DNA of 64,000 nt from Bacilli bacterium (GTDB taxonomy: Bacteria > Bacillota_I > Bacilli_A > RF39 > UBA660). The DNA lies in assembly GCA_051872415.1 (NCBI GenBank), contig JBJEDW010000083.1, positions 750-64,749 of the forward strand. Reading direction: 5' to 3'. Under the pieces are notes generated by a model. It ran no database searches and was not told the origin of the DNA. It saw only the letters and a list, made by a program, of their open reading frames with translations. The stretch's first letter is position 1. The number at the start of each line of letters is the position of its first letter. Of the stretch, positions 1-9,318 are shown piece by piece. A program made the translations under genes and the position numbers.

Positions 1-32
1 TTGTGAACTAGTAGGAGAAGTTTATGTAAAGG

Positions 33-413
33 GTGATAAATCTGGGGAAGGATATTGTAAAGATCCAAATGAAACTGAAAAATAAAGGACAAGCTTTGGT
101 AGAATTTGTCATAATCTTACCAATTGTTTTAATGATAATTTTTGTCATTATAGATTTTTCTAATATTTTTTATCAAAAAAATCATTTAGAAGGTATTACT
201 AATGATATAGTTACTTTAAAAGAAAATGGTAAATCAAATAGTTATATTGAAAATATAGTTAATGATAAAGATGTTAAAGTGTCTTTTGCTAGTTCTTCAG
301 ATACTTTAAAAATTAAAACTAGTAAAAAAGTAAAATTAATTACTCCGTTTTCTTCACTTTTTTTTGATAATCCTTTTATTATAAAGACTGAAAGGACTAT
401 TTTATATGAATAA
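33..413 (+). CDS. TadE-like pseudopilin / pilus assembly protein
   Basis: N-terminus KNKGQALVEFVIILPIVLMIIF is a Flp/TadE-type leader: Gly, then Glu at +5, then a hydrophobic helix. First gene of the tad-like operon. The ORF track starts at GTG 33; ATG at 69 (MKLKNKGQ...) is equally plausible. Confidence 0.6.
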   Translation: MINLGKDIVKIQMKLKNKGQALVEFVIILPIVLMIIFVIIDFSNIFYQKNHLEGITNDIVTLKENGKSNSYIENIVNDKDVKVSFASSSDTLKIKTSKKVKLITPFSSLFFDNPFIIKTERTILYE

Positions 414-771
414 TAAAGGACAAACTTTGGTACTATTTGTAGTACTTATACCATTTATTTTAATGCTATTTGCTTTTGTTTTTGATTCAGCTTATATATC
501 AAGAAAGGATACAGAACTTGAAGGAATTGCTACTTCTTCTCTTAAGGCTTTAATTGAAAATAATAAAACTTCTTCGGATGTTGTTAAAGTAATTAAAGAA
601 AATGATGAAAATATAGAAATTATTTCAATTGATAATAATAGTATTCATCTTATGAATAAAATAGATCCTATTTTTGGTAAAATTATAGGATATGATAAAT
701 ATAACTTAGAAGTTAATTTACAAGGTAAGATTATTAATGGTAAACTTATTATAGAAGAAAAGGGGAAATGA
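406..771 (+). CDS. Second TadE/TadG-like pilus assembly protein
   Basis: N-terminus NNKGQTLVLFVVLIPFILMLF parallels the upstream paralog, but Leu replaces Glu at +5. Overlaps the previous gene by 8 nt, suggesting translational coupling. Confidence 0.5.
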   Translation: MNNKGQTLVLFVVLIPFILMLFAFVFDSAYISRKDTELEGIATSSLKALIENNKTSSDVVKVIKENDENIEIISIDNNSIHLMNKIDPIFGKIIGYDKYNLEVNLQGKIINGKLIIEEKGK

Positions 772-772
772 T

Positions 773-1549
773 ATGAGAAATACAAAGGGTAAGATTATTA
801 CTATTACTTCTACTAAAGGAGGGGTTGGTAAAACTATTACTACTCTTAATTTAGCAGGAGTTTATGAAAAATTAGGGCTTAAAACACTTGTGATTGATTT
901 AGATCTATATGGTGGAGCTGTTGCTACTTATTTGAATTCTACAAATGATAGAACAATATTTAATTTAGTAGAAGATCTTACTAATAATAGATATGAAAAA
1001 ATAGAAGATTATTTATTTTCCTATAGTGAAAATATTGACATAATAGCAGCACCTAAAGATCCTAGGATGGCTAATAAAATAGATTCTAAATACATTCCCC
1101 TTATATTTAGAAATGTTGTTTATAAATATGATGTTATTTTAGTAGATACAAGCCATGTTCTTGATGAAATCAATGTAGTAGCGCTTGATAATAGTGATTC
1201 TATTTTATATATGTTTACTAACGATACATTTGATCTTAAAAATACCAAATCATTTATTTCGATTATGAAAGATGTTGGGTATCAAAATTATTATACTCTT
1301 TTAAATGAATCAGTTATGCCTGGAAAAAGTTATTATACTCTTTTTGATATAAGAAATATTATTAAAAACAATGTAGATTTTACTATTTCGAAGTCTATGT
1401 ATATTAAAAATATTGATAAATATATTTTGGAAGGAAAAATAGTTATTTTTAATAAGCATTTATCTTTTAGTGATAAAAAAGAATGGGAAAAGCTTAAAAA
1501 TATTGCTAATACTTTGATAAACTTTAAAGAAAAGGAGGCTAAAAAATGA
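773..1549 (+). CDS. cpaE: CpaE/TadZ-like ParA/MinD-family ATPase
   Basis: Deviant Walker A TSTKGGVGKTITTLNLA and a ParA/MinD-like layout. Sits directly upstream of the CpaF-type ATPase, as in Tad loci. Confidence 0.65.
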   Translation: MRNTKGKIITITSTKGGVGKTITTLNLAGVYEKLGLKTLVIDLDLYGGAVATYLNSTNDRTIFNLVEDLTNNRYEKIEDYLFSYSENIDIIAAPKDPRMANKIDSKYIPLIFRNVVYKYDVILVDTSHVLDEINVVALDNSDSILYMFTNDTFDLKNTKSFISIMKDVGYQNYYTLLNESVMPGKSYYTLFDIRNIIKNNVDFTISKSMYIKNIDKYILEGKIVIFNKHLSFSDKKEWEKLKNIANTLINFKEKEAKK

Positions 1550-2883
1550 GAAAAACACTTTCAGAAGCTTTTGAAATAGAAGAAAAAGTTGTGCCTTCTA
1601 AGGAGGTTATTTCTGATGATTATGATGTTTTTGAAGATAAGATTCTTCTGGATAATTTAAGAAATAAAGTTATTCAAAATATTATTGATAACGATGTTCC
1701 TGATAATGAACTTTTAACTGAATATATAAATAATGAAATTGATGATGCTTTAGAAGGATATGATCTTTCAAATTTAGAAAGAAATCATATATTTAATTTA
1801 ATAGAAAATGAAATTCATGGTTATGGACCAATTACAGAGCTTTTAGATGATAAAAATATTACTGAAATAATGGTTAATGGTCCAGATAAGATTTATATTG
1901 AAATAGATGGGAAAGTTATTAAAGATGATTCAGTTTCTTTTATAAATGATGAACACATTATAAGAACAATTCAAAGAATGATACAACCACTTGGAAGAAC
2001 AATTGATGTTGCAAATCCTATGGTTGATTCAAGACTTAAGGATGGTTCTAGAATAAATGCAGTCATACCACCGCTTTCTTTAAATGGACCAGTTCTTACT
2101 ATAAGAAAATTTAAAAAGAACTTAAATACTATGGAAGATTTATTAAGAATGGGGACTCTTACAAGTTATATGGCTAGGTTTTTAGATGCTGCAGTTAAAG
2201 GAAAATTAAATATTTTAATATGTGGAGGAACTGGTTCTGGTAAAACTACTGTTTTGAATGTTTTATCATCGCTTATTAGCAATGATGAGCGTATTATAAC
2301 AATTGAAGATGCTGCAGAGCTTAAACTCAAACAAGATCATGTAATTACTCTTGAAACTAGAAATATGAATTATGAAAAAGAAGGAGAAGTAACTATACGT
2401 GATTTAGTTATAAATTCACTTCGTATGAGACCTGATAGAATAATAGTAGGAGAAGTTCGTGGGAAAGAAGCTTTTGATATGCTTCAAGCGATGAATACAG
2501 GACACGAAGGAAGTTTGTCTACACTTCATGCTAATGGACCAAAAGATGCTCTTAATAGACTAGAAACAATGGTTCTTATGAGTGGAATACAAATTCCTGT
2601 TACCGCTATTCGTGAATATATAGAAAAAGCTATTGATTTAGTGGTTTATATTGAAAGACTTCAAGATGGTAAAAGAAAAATTGTTTCTATTTCTGAAGTA
2701 TATAATCTAAAAGATGGTGAAATTAATCTTAGAGAAATATTCGGATTTAAACAAAAAGGTCTTACTAAAAGTGGTGAAGTTAATGGATCATATATTATGT
2801 ATAAATATGTTCCTAAAGTTTATAACAAAATAAAATCTAAAGGAATAGATGATATAGATGATATTTTTGAAAATATAAAATAA
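1546..2883 (+). CDS. cpaF: CpaF/TadA type II/IV secretion-family ATPase
   Basis: Walker A GGTGSGKTT, Asp box IITIEDAAEL, Walker B/His box RPDRIIVGEVRG...GHEGSLSTLHAN. These are typical VirB11/CpaF hexameric ATPase motifs. Confidence 0.9.
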   Translation: MRKTLSEAFEIEEKVVPSKEVISDDYDVFEDKILLDNLRNKVIQNIIDNDVPDNELLTEYINNEIDDALEGYDLSNLERNHIFNLIENEIHGYGPITELLDDKNITEIMVNGPDKIYIEIDGKVIKDDSVSFINDEHIIRTIQRMIQPLGRTIDVANPMVDSRLKDGSRINAVIPPLSLNGPVLTIRKFKKNLNTMEDLLRMGTLTSYMARFLDAAVKGKLNILICGGTGSGKTTVLNVLSSLISNDERIITIEDAAELKLKQDHVITLETRNMNYEKEGEVTIRDLVINSLRMRPDRIIVGEVRGKEAFDMLQAMNTGHEGSLSTLHANGPKDALNRLETMVLMSGIQIPVTAIREYIEKAIDLVVYIERLQDGKRKIVSISEVYNLKDGEINLREIFGFKQKGLTKSGEVNGSYIMYKYVPKVYNKIKSKGIDDIDDIFENIK

Positions 2884-2905
2884 AGAATAGAAAGGGATAG
2901 ATAAT

Positions 2906-3910
2906 ATGGGAAATTCAATACTATTTATAACAGTACAATTTTTACTTATATTTGGACTTTTATTTATAGTCATTCTTCTTTTGAAATTTAAAAACGTTCT
3001 AGAACTTGAAAGAAGAATAACTAGGTTTTCTACATTTTCTATCACCGATAAACCTTTATCATTTTTTGATTATTTAAGATTAAAATATAGCAAAATAATA
3101 ACTAGAATTTCTAAAAGTTTATCTAAATCTAAAGTTTTATTAAATTATAGCAAAAGATACGATAAATACCTTGATAGAACTAAAATAATTAGAGATAAAG
3201 CAATGGATATACTTTCAAATAAAGTTTTAATTAGTTTAATTGCTCTTGTTATTACAATAATTTCTGATGTTTTAAGAGGACAATCACTTAGTGTTTTTCA
3301 AGTTATTATATCTCTTTTGGTAGGGTTCTTTATTCCAGATGTATTTTTAATTCTTGATGATAAAAGAAAACAAAAACAAATAGAAAATGATTTATTTAAA
3401 GCTGTTCTTATTATGAGTAATGCTTTTAAATCCGGGAGAAGTATCATGCAAGCTGTTGAAATTGTGTCTGAAGAATTAGATGGACCAATTAGTGAAGAAT
3501 TTAAAAAAATGTATATTGATTTAACTTATGGACTTGATCTTGATGTTGTTTTTGATAGACTTTCCTCAAGGATAAAATTAGAAGAAACTAAATATATGGC
3601 TTCATCTTTAGTTATACTTAATAAGACCGGTGGAAATATAGTTAAAGTGTTTTCATCAATTGAAAAAAGTTTCTTTGAACGTAAAAAGTTAAATGATGAA
3701 CTTAAATCTGTTACAGCGCTATCAAATTTTGTTTTTAAAATTTTAGTAGCTATTCCATTTATTATATTCATCATGATTTATATACTTAATCCAAGTTATT
3801 TCGCTCCTTTTGTAACTACTTTGATTGGTAAAATATTACTCATAGTTATTCTAACTATATATGTACTTTATATTATAATTGTTAGAAAGCTTATAAAAAT
3901 AAAGGAGTGA
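2906..3910 (+). CDS. tadB: TadB-like type II secretion system F-family membrane protein
   Basis: Polytopic membrane protein with a T2SS-F-like cytoplasmic domain (SNAFKSGRSIMQAVEIV...GLDLDVVFDRL). Position follows cpaF. Confidence 0.75.
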   Translation: MGNSILFITVQFLLIFGLLFIVILLLKFKNVLELERRITRFSTFSITDKPLSFFDYLRLKYSKIITRISKSLSKSKVLLNYSKRYDKYLDRTKIIRDKAMDILSNKVLISLIALVITIISDVLRGQSLSVFQVIISLLVGFFIPDVFLILDDKRKQKQIENDLFKAVLIMSNAFKSGRSIMQAVEIVSEELDGPISEEFKKMYIDLTYGLDLDVVFDRLSSRIKLEETKYMASSLVILNKTGGNIVKVFSSIEKSFFERKKLNDELKSVTALSNFVFKILVAIPFIIFIMIYILNPSYFAPFVTTLIGKILLIVILTIYVLYIIIVRKLIKIKE

Positions 3911-3917
3911 TAAACTT

Positions 3918-4616
3918 ATGAAAAATAAAAAAAGTTTAAGTTATAGAATTTATAGTAAAAAGAACTTAAAAATGGCTGAAGATAAAACTAATCTTTTAGG
4001 AGTAAACAATAAATTAGATGCAGTTGATTTACTTAATATAAGATTGTTTATTTCAATTATTGTATTTATAGCAATACTTTATTTTATAGATTTTGGTTAT
4101 TTTATTGCACCTTTAGTTACTTTTTTAGTATATCAATTATTCTTTCCAATTTTAATAGATACTAAAATAGAAAAAAGAAGAAAAGTATTAGAAAAGGATT
4201 CATTATATTTTTTTGAAATATTAGTACTTTCGTTAGAAGCAGGTAGAAATATAAAAACTGCAATTGAAGTTACTACACTTAATATTGATTCAGAACTTTC
4301 TGATGAATTTAAAAAAGTTGTAAAAGATGTAAACTATGGAAAAGATTTAGACGAAGCTTTAGAAGAACTTAAATATAGAATTCCATCAGATACTGTAAAT
4401 AATATAATTCTTAATATTAGACAATCTAATATGTTTGGTAATAATATTATTGAAACAGTTTATTCTCAAATAGCATATATAAGAGAAAAAAGATTACTTG
4501 AAACTAAAGCTTTTATCAGTAAAATACCAATTAAAATAAGTGTTGTCAGTGTTATTTTCTTTATACCACTGTTATTACTTTTGTTACTAGGACCACTTAT
4601 TATTGAATTGCTTTAA
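3918..4616 (+). CDS. tadC: TadC-like type II secretion system F-family membrane protein
   Basis: Paralogous T2SS-F-like domain (SLEAGRNIKTAIEVT...YGKDLDEALEEL) with flanking TM segments. Last gene of the tad operon. Confidence 0.7.
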   Translation: MKNKKSLSYRIYSKKNLKMAEDKTNLLGVNNKLDAVDLLNIRLFISIIVFIAILYFIDFGYFIAPLVTFLVYQLFFPILIDTKIEKRRKVLEKDSLYFFEILVLSLEAGRNIKTAIEVTTLNIDSELSDEFKKVVKDVNYGKDLDEALEELKYRIPSDTVNNIILNIRQSNMFGNNIIETVYSQIAYIREKRLLETKAFISKIPIKISVVSVIFFIPLLLLLLLGPLIIELL

Positions 4617-4809
4617 AAAAAGTGTAAAAAGATATATAAAAAATAAAATGTATAATTATAAGTAGGTAGAAGAATTTATTTTTCTACAAAAAAGGAGTTA
4701 AATACTATGAAAAAATTATTTAAAAGTACAAACAAATGTTCTTCTGTGGGGGTAGAATTGAATAAAAGCTCTATAAAAAAAGGGAGTAACAAAAGAAAAA
4801 GATGCAGAA

Positions 4810-4971
4810 ATGATATACAATAGTCTTATTGAAGAAGGTTATGATAAGGGAATTGATTCAAGAAATATTGAAATAGCAAGGAATTTACTTGATAATAATG
4901 TTTCGATTGATATAATTATGAAAAGTACTGGTCTTTCTAAGAAACAAGTAGAAGAACTTTCTAATAAATAG
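4810..4971 (+). pseudogene. 53-codon remnant resembling the C-terminal tail of Rpn/YhgA-like PD-(D/E)XK putative transposases
   Basis: My own translation: MIYNSLIEEGYDKGIDSRNIEIARNLLDNNVSIDIIMKSTGLSKKQVEELSNK. The pattern ...IAKNLL..G.SIE.I...TGLS.EEIE.L is the stereotyped tail of that family (from memory). No nuclease domain upstream and a weak RBS. Confidence 0.3.
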
Positions 4972-5168
4972 AGAGTTTTTTTAATTTCTTAAAATTTTTT
5001 AAAAAGTATGAAACGTAAAATTTGATTATGGTAAACAAGATGAAATTATAATTTTGTATAAAGACAATATTTATGTTTTATCTTTTTGTTTTGTCTTAAA
5101 TGTTATAATTGTCCATTTTACATTTGTGCTACTATAGTTTATAGTGTTTCTCTGAAAGGAGAAATGTT

Positions 5169-7232
5169 ATGAAAAAATTTAATAAAGTATTTATGTTTGT
5201 TTTTATCTTATTTCTAATTATTATTGGTGGTAGTGTTGATGCAGAAACTTATAATGGCAAGTTATACGATGTATATCATCCTGATTCTGGATTTACTGTT
5301 TTTGCAGAGGAATCAAATAGATGGATGGATTATAATAGCTGGATTATAAAGTCTTCAATTGATAGTAGAATCTATTATTGCATTGATCCTGCTTTAGCTT
5401 TAGGAGAAGCTCCATCTGGTTCATTTACCTATATAACAGGAAAAAATAATATTATTGGTAAATCTAATTTGACGAAGGAAAAATATAATAAAGTAAGACT
5501 TCTTGCGTACTATGGATATGGTTATAAAAATGGAAATATTGATCATAGCTTGAAAAAATGGTATGGAATAACTCAAGTAATGATATGGAGGGTAATGAGA
5601 CCTGATCTTACTTGGACTTTTAAAGAAAATAGAAATAGTACTCCAAATAAAAATCTTTATAAAGATGAAGTCTTAGAGATGAATAATTTAATCAATAATC
5701 ATGGAAAAGTTCCTAGTTTTGCGGGTACTGATAAAAAAATATTAATAGGTGATTCTATTACTTTAACAGATAATAATAATGTTTTCGAAAATTTTTCTAG
5801 AGTTAACGCACTTAAATATGTTTCAGTTAAACAAAGTGGAGAAAAGATTGTAATTACTGCAGAAAAACAAGGAAGTGAAGTAATCAATTATTCTTTTAGA
5901 AATGGCATTGTAAACCCAATAGCACTTCTTACAAGTTCTAATTATCAAGATATAATAACTAGAGGAATTCTTACTGATTTACCTTATTTTCAAATTAAAA
6001 TAGAAATAACTGGAGGAGTAGTTAATCTTCAAAAGATAGATGATGATACTGATGAAAATACTCCTCAAGGAGATGCTAGTTTAAAAGATGCTGTGTATGA
6101 AATATATGATTCTAATGATAAACTAGTAGAAAAAATCACTACAGATAGTAAAGGACAAGGAAAAGTTATTTTAGATTATGGCAAATATAAAATAAAAGAA
6201 GTTATAGCGCCAGAGGGATATGAATTAAGTGATAAAGTCTATGATTTTGAACTAAATAAAGATAATACTGAAATAAATTTAGAAGTTAAAGATAAAGTTG
6301 TTTCAGGTAAATTAGTATTAACTAAGAATAAAGGTGGATCTGGAGAAAGTATGTCTTTAGAAGAAGGTGCTAGCTTTGAAGTGATTAATTCATCTAAAGT
6401 AGTAGTAGATACTATAACTACTAATAAAAATGGAGTTGCAGAAATAAATCTTCCTTATGGAAAATATACTATTCATCAAATTAAAGGAACTTCAGGATAT
6501 GTACATTCAGAAGATATAGAAATTGATATAAATAAAAGCAAGATATATGAAATAAATATTAGTAATTTAAAATTAAGTAAACTAGAGCTTATTAAAACAG
6601 ATAAAGATACTAATAAAAGACTTGCTAATGCAATAATCGAAATATATAAAGAAGATGATACTTTACTTTATACTGGTAAAACTGATAAAAATGGAGTTTT
6701 AGAAGTACCAAATCTAGAAATTGGAAAATATTATTTGAAAGAAAAGAAAGCTCCTAAATACTATAGATTAAATAGTGAAAAGATATATTTTGAAGTAACT
6801 AAAAATGGTATGCTTATAAAAATAAATATGGAAAATGAAAGGAATAAAGGAACTTTAGAAGTTTATAAAATAGATTCTGAAACTGGAAAAAAACTTTCTG
6901 GAGTTTTAATAAAAATAGTATCTTCTGAAAGCAATAAAGTAATTTTTTATGGTAAAACAGATAAAGATGGAAAAATAGTAATAAATAATCTTAGTGCTGG
7001 AAAGTATTATATATATGAAGAAAAAGAGCTTAGAGGATATTTGAGAAGTACTAAACCTATTTATTTTGAACTTGTAAATGATAATGAATTAGTAAGAGTA
7101 AGTATGACTAATGAAAAACTTATAGAAGTTCCAAATACTTTGAAAAATGGCATTAATTTAGTAGTTATTGGAGGATCTTTATTACTTTTATTAGGCATGA
7201 GTTTTGTAATATATGGTAAAAGAAAAAATTAG
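5169..7232 (+). CDS. Surface adhesin: signal peptide, putative Cys-Gln thioester domain, four Cna-B/SpaA-type repeats, C-terminal sorting signal
   Basis: Signal peptide MKKFNKVFMFVFILFLIIIGGSVDA. YYC(71)ID and GITQ(136)VMIW resemble the thioester-domain Cys and TQxA(I/V)W motifs. Four ~80-aa repeats carry G(K/R)Y.(I/L).E...P.GY. The C-terminus is VPNTL + hydrophobic stretch + GKRKN. Confidence 0.8.
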   Translation: MKKFNKVFMFVFILFLIIIGGSVDAETYNGKLYDVYHPDSGFTVFAEESNRWMDYNSWIIKSSIDSRIYYCIDPALALGEAPSGSFTYITGKNNIIGKSNLTKEKYNKVRLLAYYGYGYKNGNIDHSLKKWYGITQVMIWRVMRPDLTWTFKENRNSTPNKNLYKDEVLEMNNLINNHGKVPSFAGTDKKILIGDSITLTDNNNVFENFSRVNALKYVSVKQSGEKIVITAEKQGSEVINYSFRNGIVNPIALLTSSNYQDIITRGILTDLPYFQIKIEITGGVVNLQKIDDDTDENTPQGDASLKDAVYEIYDSNDKLVEKITTDSKGQGKVILDYGKYKIKEVIAPEGYELSDKVYDFELNKDNTEINLEVKDKVVSGKLVLTKNKGGSGESMSLEEGASFEVINSSKVVVDTITTNKNGVAEINLPYGKYTIHQIKGTSGYVHSEDIEIDINKSKIYEINISNLKLSKLELIKTDKDTNKRLANAIIEIYKEDDTLLYTGKTDKNGVLEVPNLEIGKYYLKEKKAPKYYRLNSEKIYFEVTKNGMLIKINMENERNKGTLEVYKIDSETGKKLSGVLIKIVSSESNKVIFYGKTDKDGKIVINNLSAGKYYIYEEKELRGYLRSTKPIYFELVNDNELVRVSMTNEKLIEVPNTLKNGINLVVIGGSLLLLLGMSFVIYGKRKN

Positions 7233-7791
7233 TTTAAAAATTGGTAAGAGCCTCATTATTTTAGGATTAATATTGTTTTTTGGATATTTAGTATTTAGTT
7301 TAAGTATTAGTTCGAAAGATAAGGAAAGTATAGAAAGTTTTATTTCTAATATAGATAATAATTTTTATGTTTTTAGTAAGAAAAGTACTAATTCAAATTA
7401 TATAGCAGTGCTTGAAATACCTAAAATTAATTTAAAAAGAGGTCTTTATAGTTACAACAGTATTTATAATGATATTGATAAAAATATTACTATATTAGAA
7501 TCCTCAAAAATGCCAAACAAAGAAAATAGTACTCTTGTTTTAGCTTCTCATAGTGGTAATTCTAGAGTTTCTTATTTTAAAGACCTTAATAAACTTCAAA
7601 ATGATGATTTAGTTATAGTTTATTATAATGATGTTAAATATTTTTATAAAATAATAGATTTTTATACTGAAAAGAAAAATGGTTTTATAACTAAACCCGA
7701 TTTTAAAAGTGGTAAATATATTATTTTAACTACATGCTGGGATTCTTTAAATCAATTAATTTATATTGGAAAACTTGTTAAAGAAGTATAA
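7213..7791 (+). CDS. Sortase (small; class D-like judged from its substrate motif)
   Basis: N-terminal TM anchor, catalytic His in LASHSG, TLxTC-type motif IILTTCW. Overlaps the adhesin 3' end by 20 nt. Confidence 0.8.
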   Translation: MVKEKISLKIGKSLIILGLILFFGYLVFSLSISSKDKESIESFISNIDNNFYVFSKKSTNSNYIAVLEIPKINLKRGLYSYNSIYNDIDKNITILESSKMPNKENSTLVLASHSGNSRVSYFKDLNKLQNDDLVIVYYNDVKYFYKIIDFYTEKKNGFITKPDFKSGKYIILTTCWDSLNQLIYIGKLVKEV

Positions 7792-7881
7792 AACCTTTTT
7801 TATTTCTAAGGCTTTTAGAGAAAAAAGTTTTCTTTTTGACTAGTTTGTAGTATAATTATTATTGATTTAAGGAGTGATATT

Positions 7882-8607
7882 ATGAGTGGACATTCTAAAT
7901 GGTCTACAATTAAAAGAAAAAAAGGTTTAATTGATGCTGAAAGAGGAAAAATATTTCAAAAACTTGCGAAAGAAATCTATGTTGCTGCGAAGAATGGTGA
8001 TCCTAGTGTAGATAGTAATCCATCTCTTAGAATGATAGTGGATAAAGCTAAAGCTGCGAATATGCCAAAAGATCGCATTCAATCTGCAATTGATAAAGCT
8101 AGTAAAAGTGCAGGTGGAGAGGATTATGAATTTATTAGATACGAAGGATATGGACCAAATGGAGTAGCTATTATGGTTGATTGTCTTACTGATAATAGAA
8201 ATAGAACTGCTTCTATGGTAAGAAGTACTTTTACAAAACGTGGAGGTAATTTAGGGACAGATGGTTCAGTAAGCTATATGTTTGAAAGAAAAGGAATAAT
8301 AGTAATTCCTAATTCTTATGATGAAGATAAAATAATGACTATTGCCCTTGAAAATGATGCTCTTGACTTTGTAACACTTGATGATTCTTATGAAATATAT
8401 ACTACTTTTGAAGATTTTATTAAGATGAACAAAGCTTTAGAAGAAGCTTCAGTTACTGATTTTATTATGAATGAAGCAAGATATATACCTTCTAATTATA
8501 TTTCTTTAGATGAAGAAAAAACTGCTAAAATTTTAGGTTTAATCGAAGCTCTTGAAGATTTAGATGATGTTCAAGATGTTTATCATAATTTAGAAATAGA
8601 CGAATAG
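7882..8607 (+). CDS. yebC: YebC/PmpR-family transcriptional regulator
   Basis: Hallmark N-terminus MSGHSKWSTIKRKKG, and the length fits the family. RBS AAGGAG lies 8 nt upstream. Confidence 0.9.
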   Translation: MSGHSKWSTIKRKKGLIDAERGKIFQKLAKEIYVAAKNGDPSVDSNPSLRMIVDKAKAANMPKDRIQSAIDKASKSAGGEDYEFIRYEGYGPNGVAIMVDCLTDNRNRTASMVRSTFTKRGGNLGTDGSVSYMFERKGIIVIPNSYDEDKIMTIALENDALDFVTLDDSYEIYTTFEDFIKMNKALEEASVTDFIMNEARYIPSNYISLDEEKTAKILGLIEALEDLDDVQDVYHNLEIDE

Positions 8608-8614
8608 TCTATTT

Positions 8615-9313
8615 TTGCTTATGTTAGATAGATTAGAGTTATTGGTAGGAAAAGAGGGAATATCTAAACTTAAAAATAGTAAAATCGTTGTAATAGGACT
8701 TGGTGGAGTAGGGGGTTATGTAGTTGAATCTTTAATTAGATCAGGTATTGAAAATATCACAATAGTAGATTATGATACAATTGATGAAAGTAATCTTAAT
8801 AGACAAATTATTGCAATAAAAGAAAATATTGGAAAATTAAAAGTAGATGAGTTTGAAAAAAGGATACTTAGTATTAATGATAAAACAAATGTTGTTAAGT
8901 TACCAATGTTTATAGATGAAAACAATATAGAAGAGATATTTTCAGATGAAATAACATATTTAATTGATGCTTGTGATACAATAAATGCTAAAAAGCTTAT
9001 AATAAATAAGTGTTTAGAGAAAAAAATAAATTTTATAACTTGTTTAGGCACAGGTAAGAGAATGGATCCATCTAAATTAAAAATTTGTGATATTAGAAAG
9101 ACTAGTTATGATCCAATTGCTAGAATACTTAGAAAATATATTAAAGATATGAATATTAAAGATAAAATAATATGCTGCTATTCAGAAGAAGAACCAATTA
9201 AATATGATAGTGATGTAATTGGCTCTAATAGCTTTGTACCGGCATCAGCAGGACTTTTAATATCAAGTTATATAGTAAGAGATATTTGCAAAATAAAAGA
9301 AACTAAACTTTAG
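8615..9313 (+). CDS. tcdA: ThiF-family tRNA threonylcarbamoyladenosine dehydratase
   Basis: Rossmann GLGGVGGYVVESLIRSGI...IVDYDTIDESNLNRQ. Size and motifs match TcdA/YrvM-type E1-like enzymes. Start is TTG 8615 or ATG 8621. Confidence 0.75.
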   Translation: MLMLDRLELLVGKEGISKLKNSKIVVIGLGGVGGYVVESLIRSGIENITIVDYDTIDESNLNRQIIAIKENIGKLKVDEFEKRILSINDKTNVVKLPMFIDENNIEEIFSDEITYLIDACDTINAKKLIINKCLEKKINFITCLGTGKRMDPSKLKICDIRKTSYDPIARILRKYIKDMNIKDKIICCYSEEEPIKYDSDVIGSNSFVPASAGLLISSYIVRDICKIKETKL

Positions 9314-9318
9314 TCTCT

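Noticed and set aside
2-85. Open reading frame entering from the left window edge and stopping at TAA 83-85 (...GEVYVKGDKSGEGYCKDPNETEK)
   Set aside because: Only 27 codons are visible and they show no recognisable motif, so it cannot be supported as a feature. It is relevant only because it favours ATG 69 as the TadE-like start.
4708-4824. RBS-bearing 38-codon ORF after tadC as the missing Flp pilin
   Set aside because: The sequence MKKLFKSTNKCSSVGVELNKSSIKKGSNKRKRCRNDIQ has no G/xxxxE(Y/F) processing site and no hydrophobic helix.
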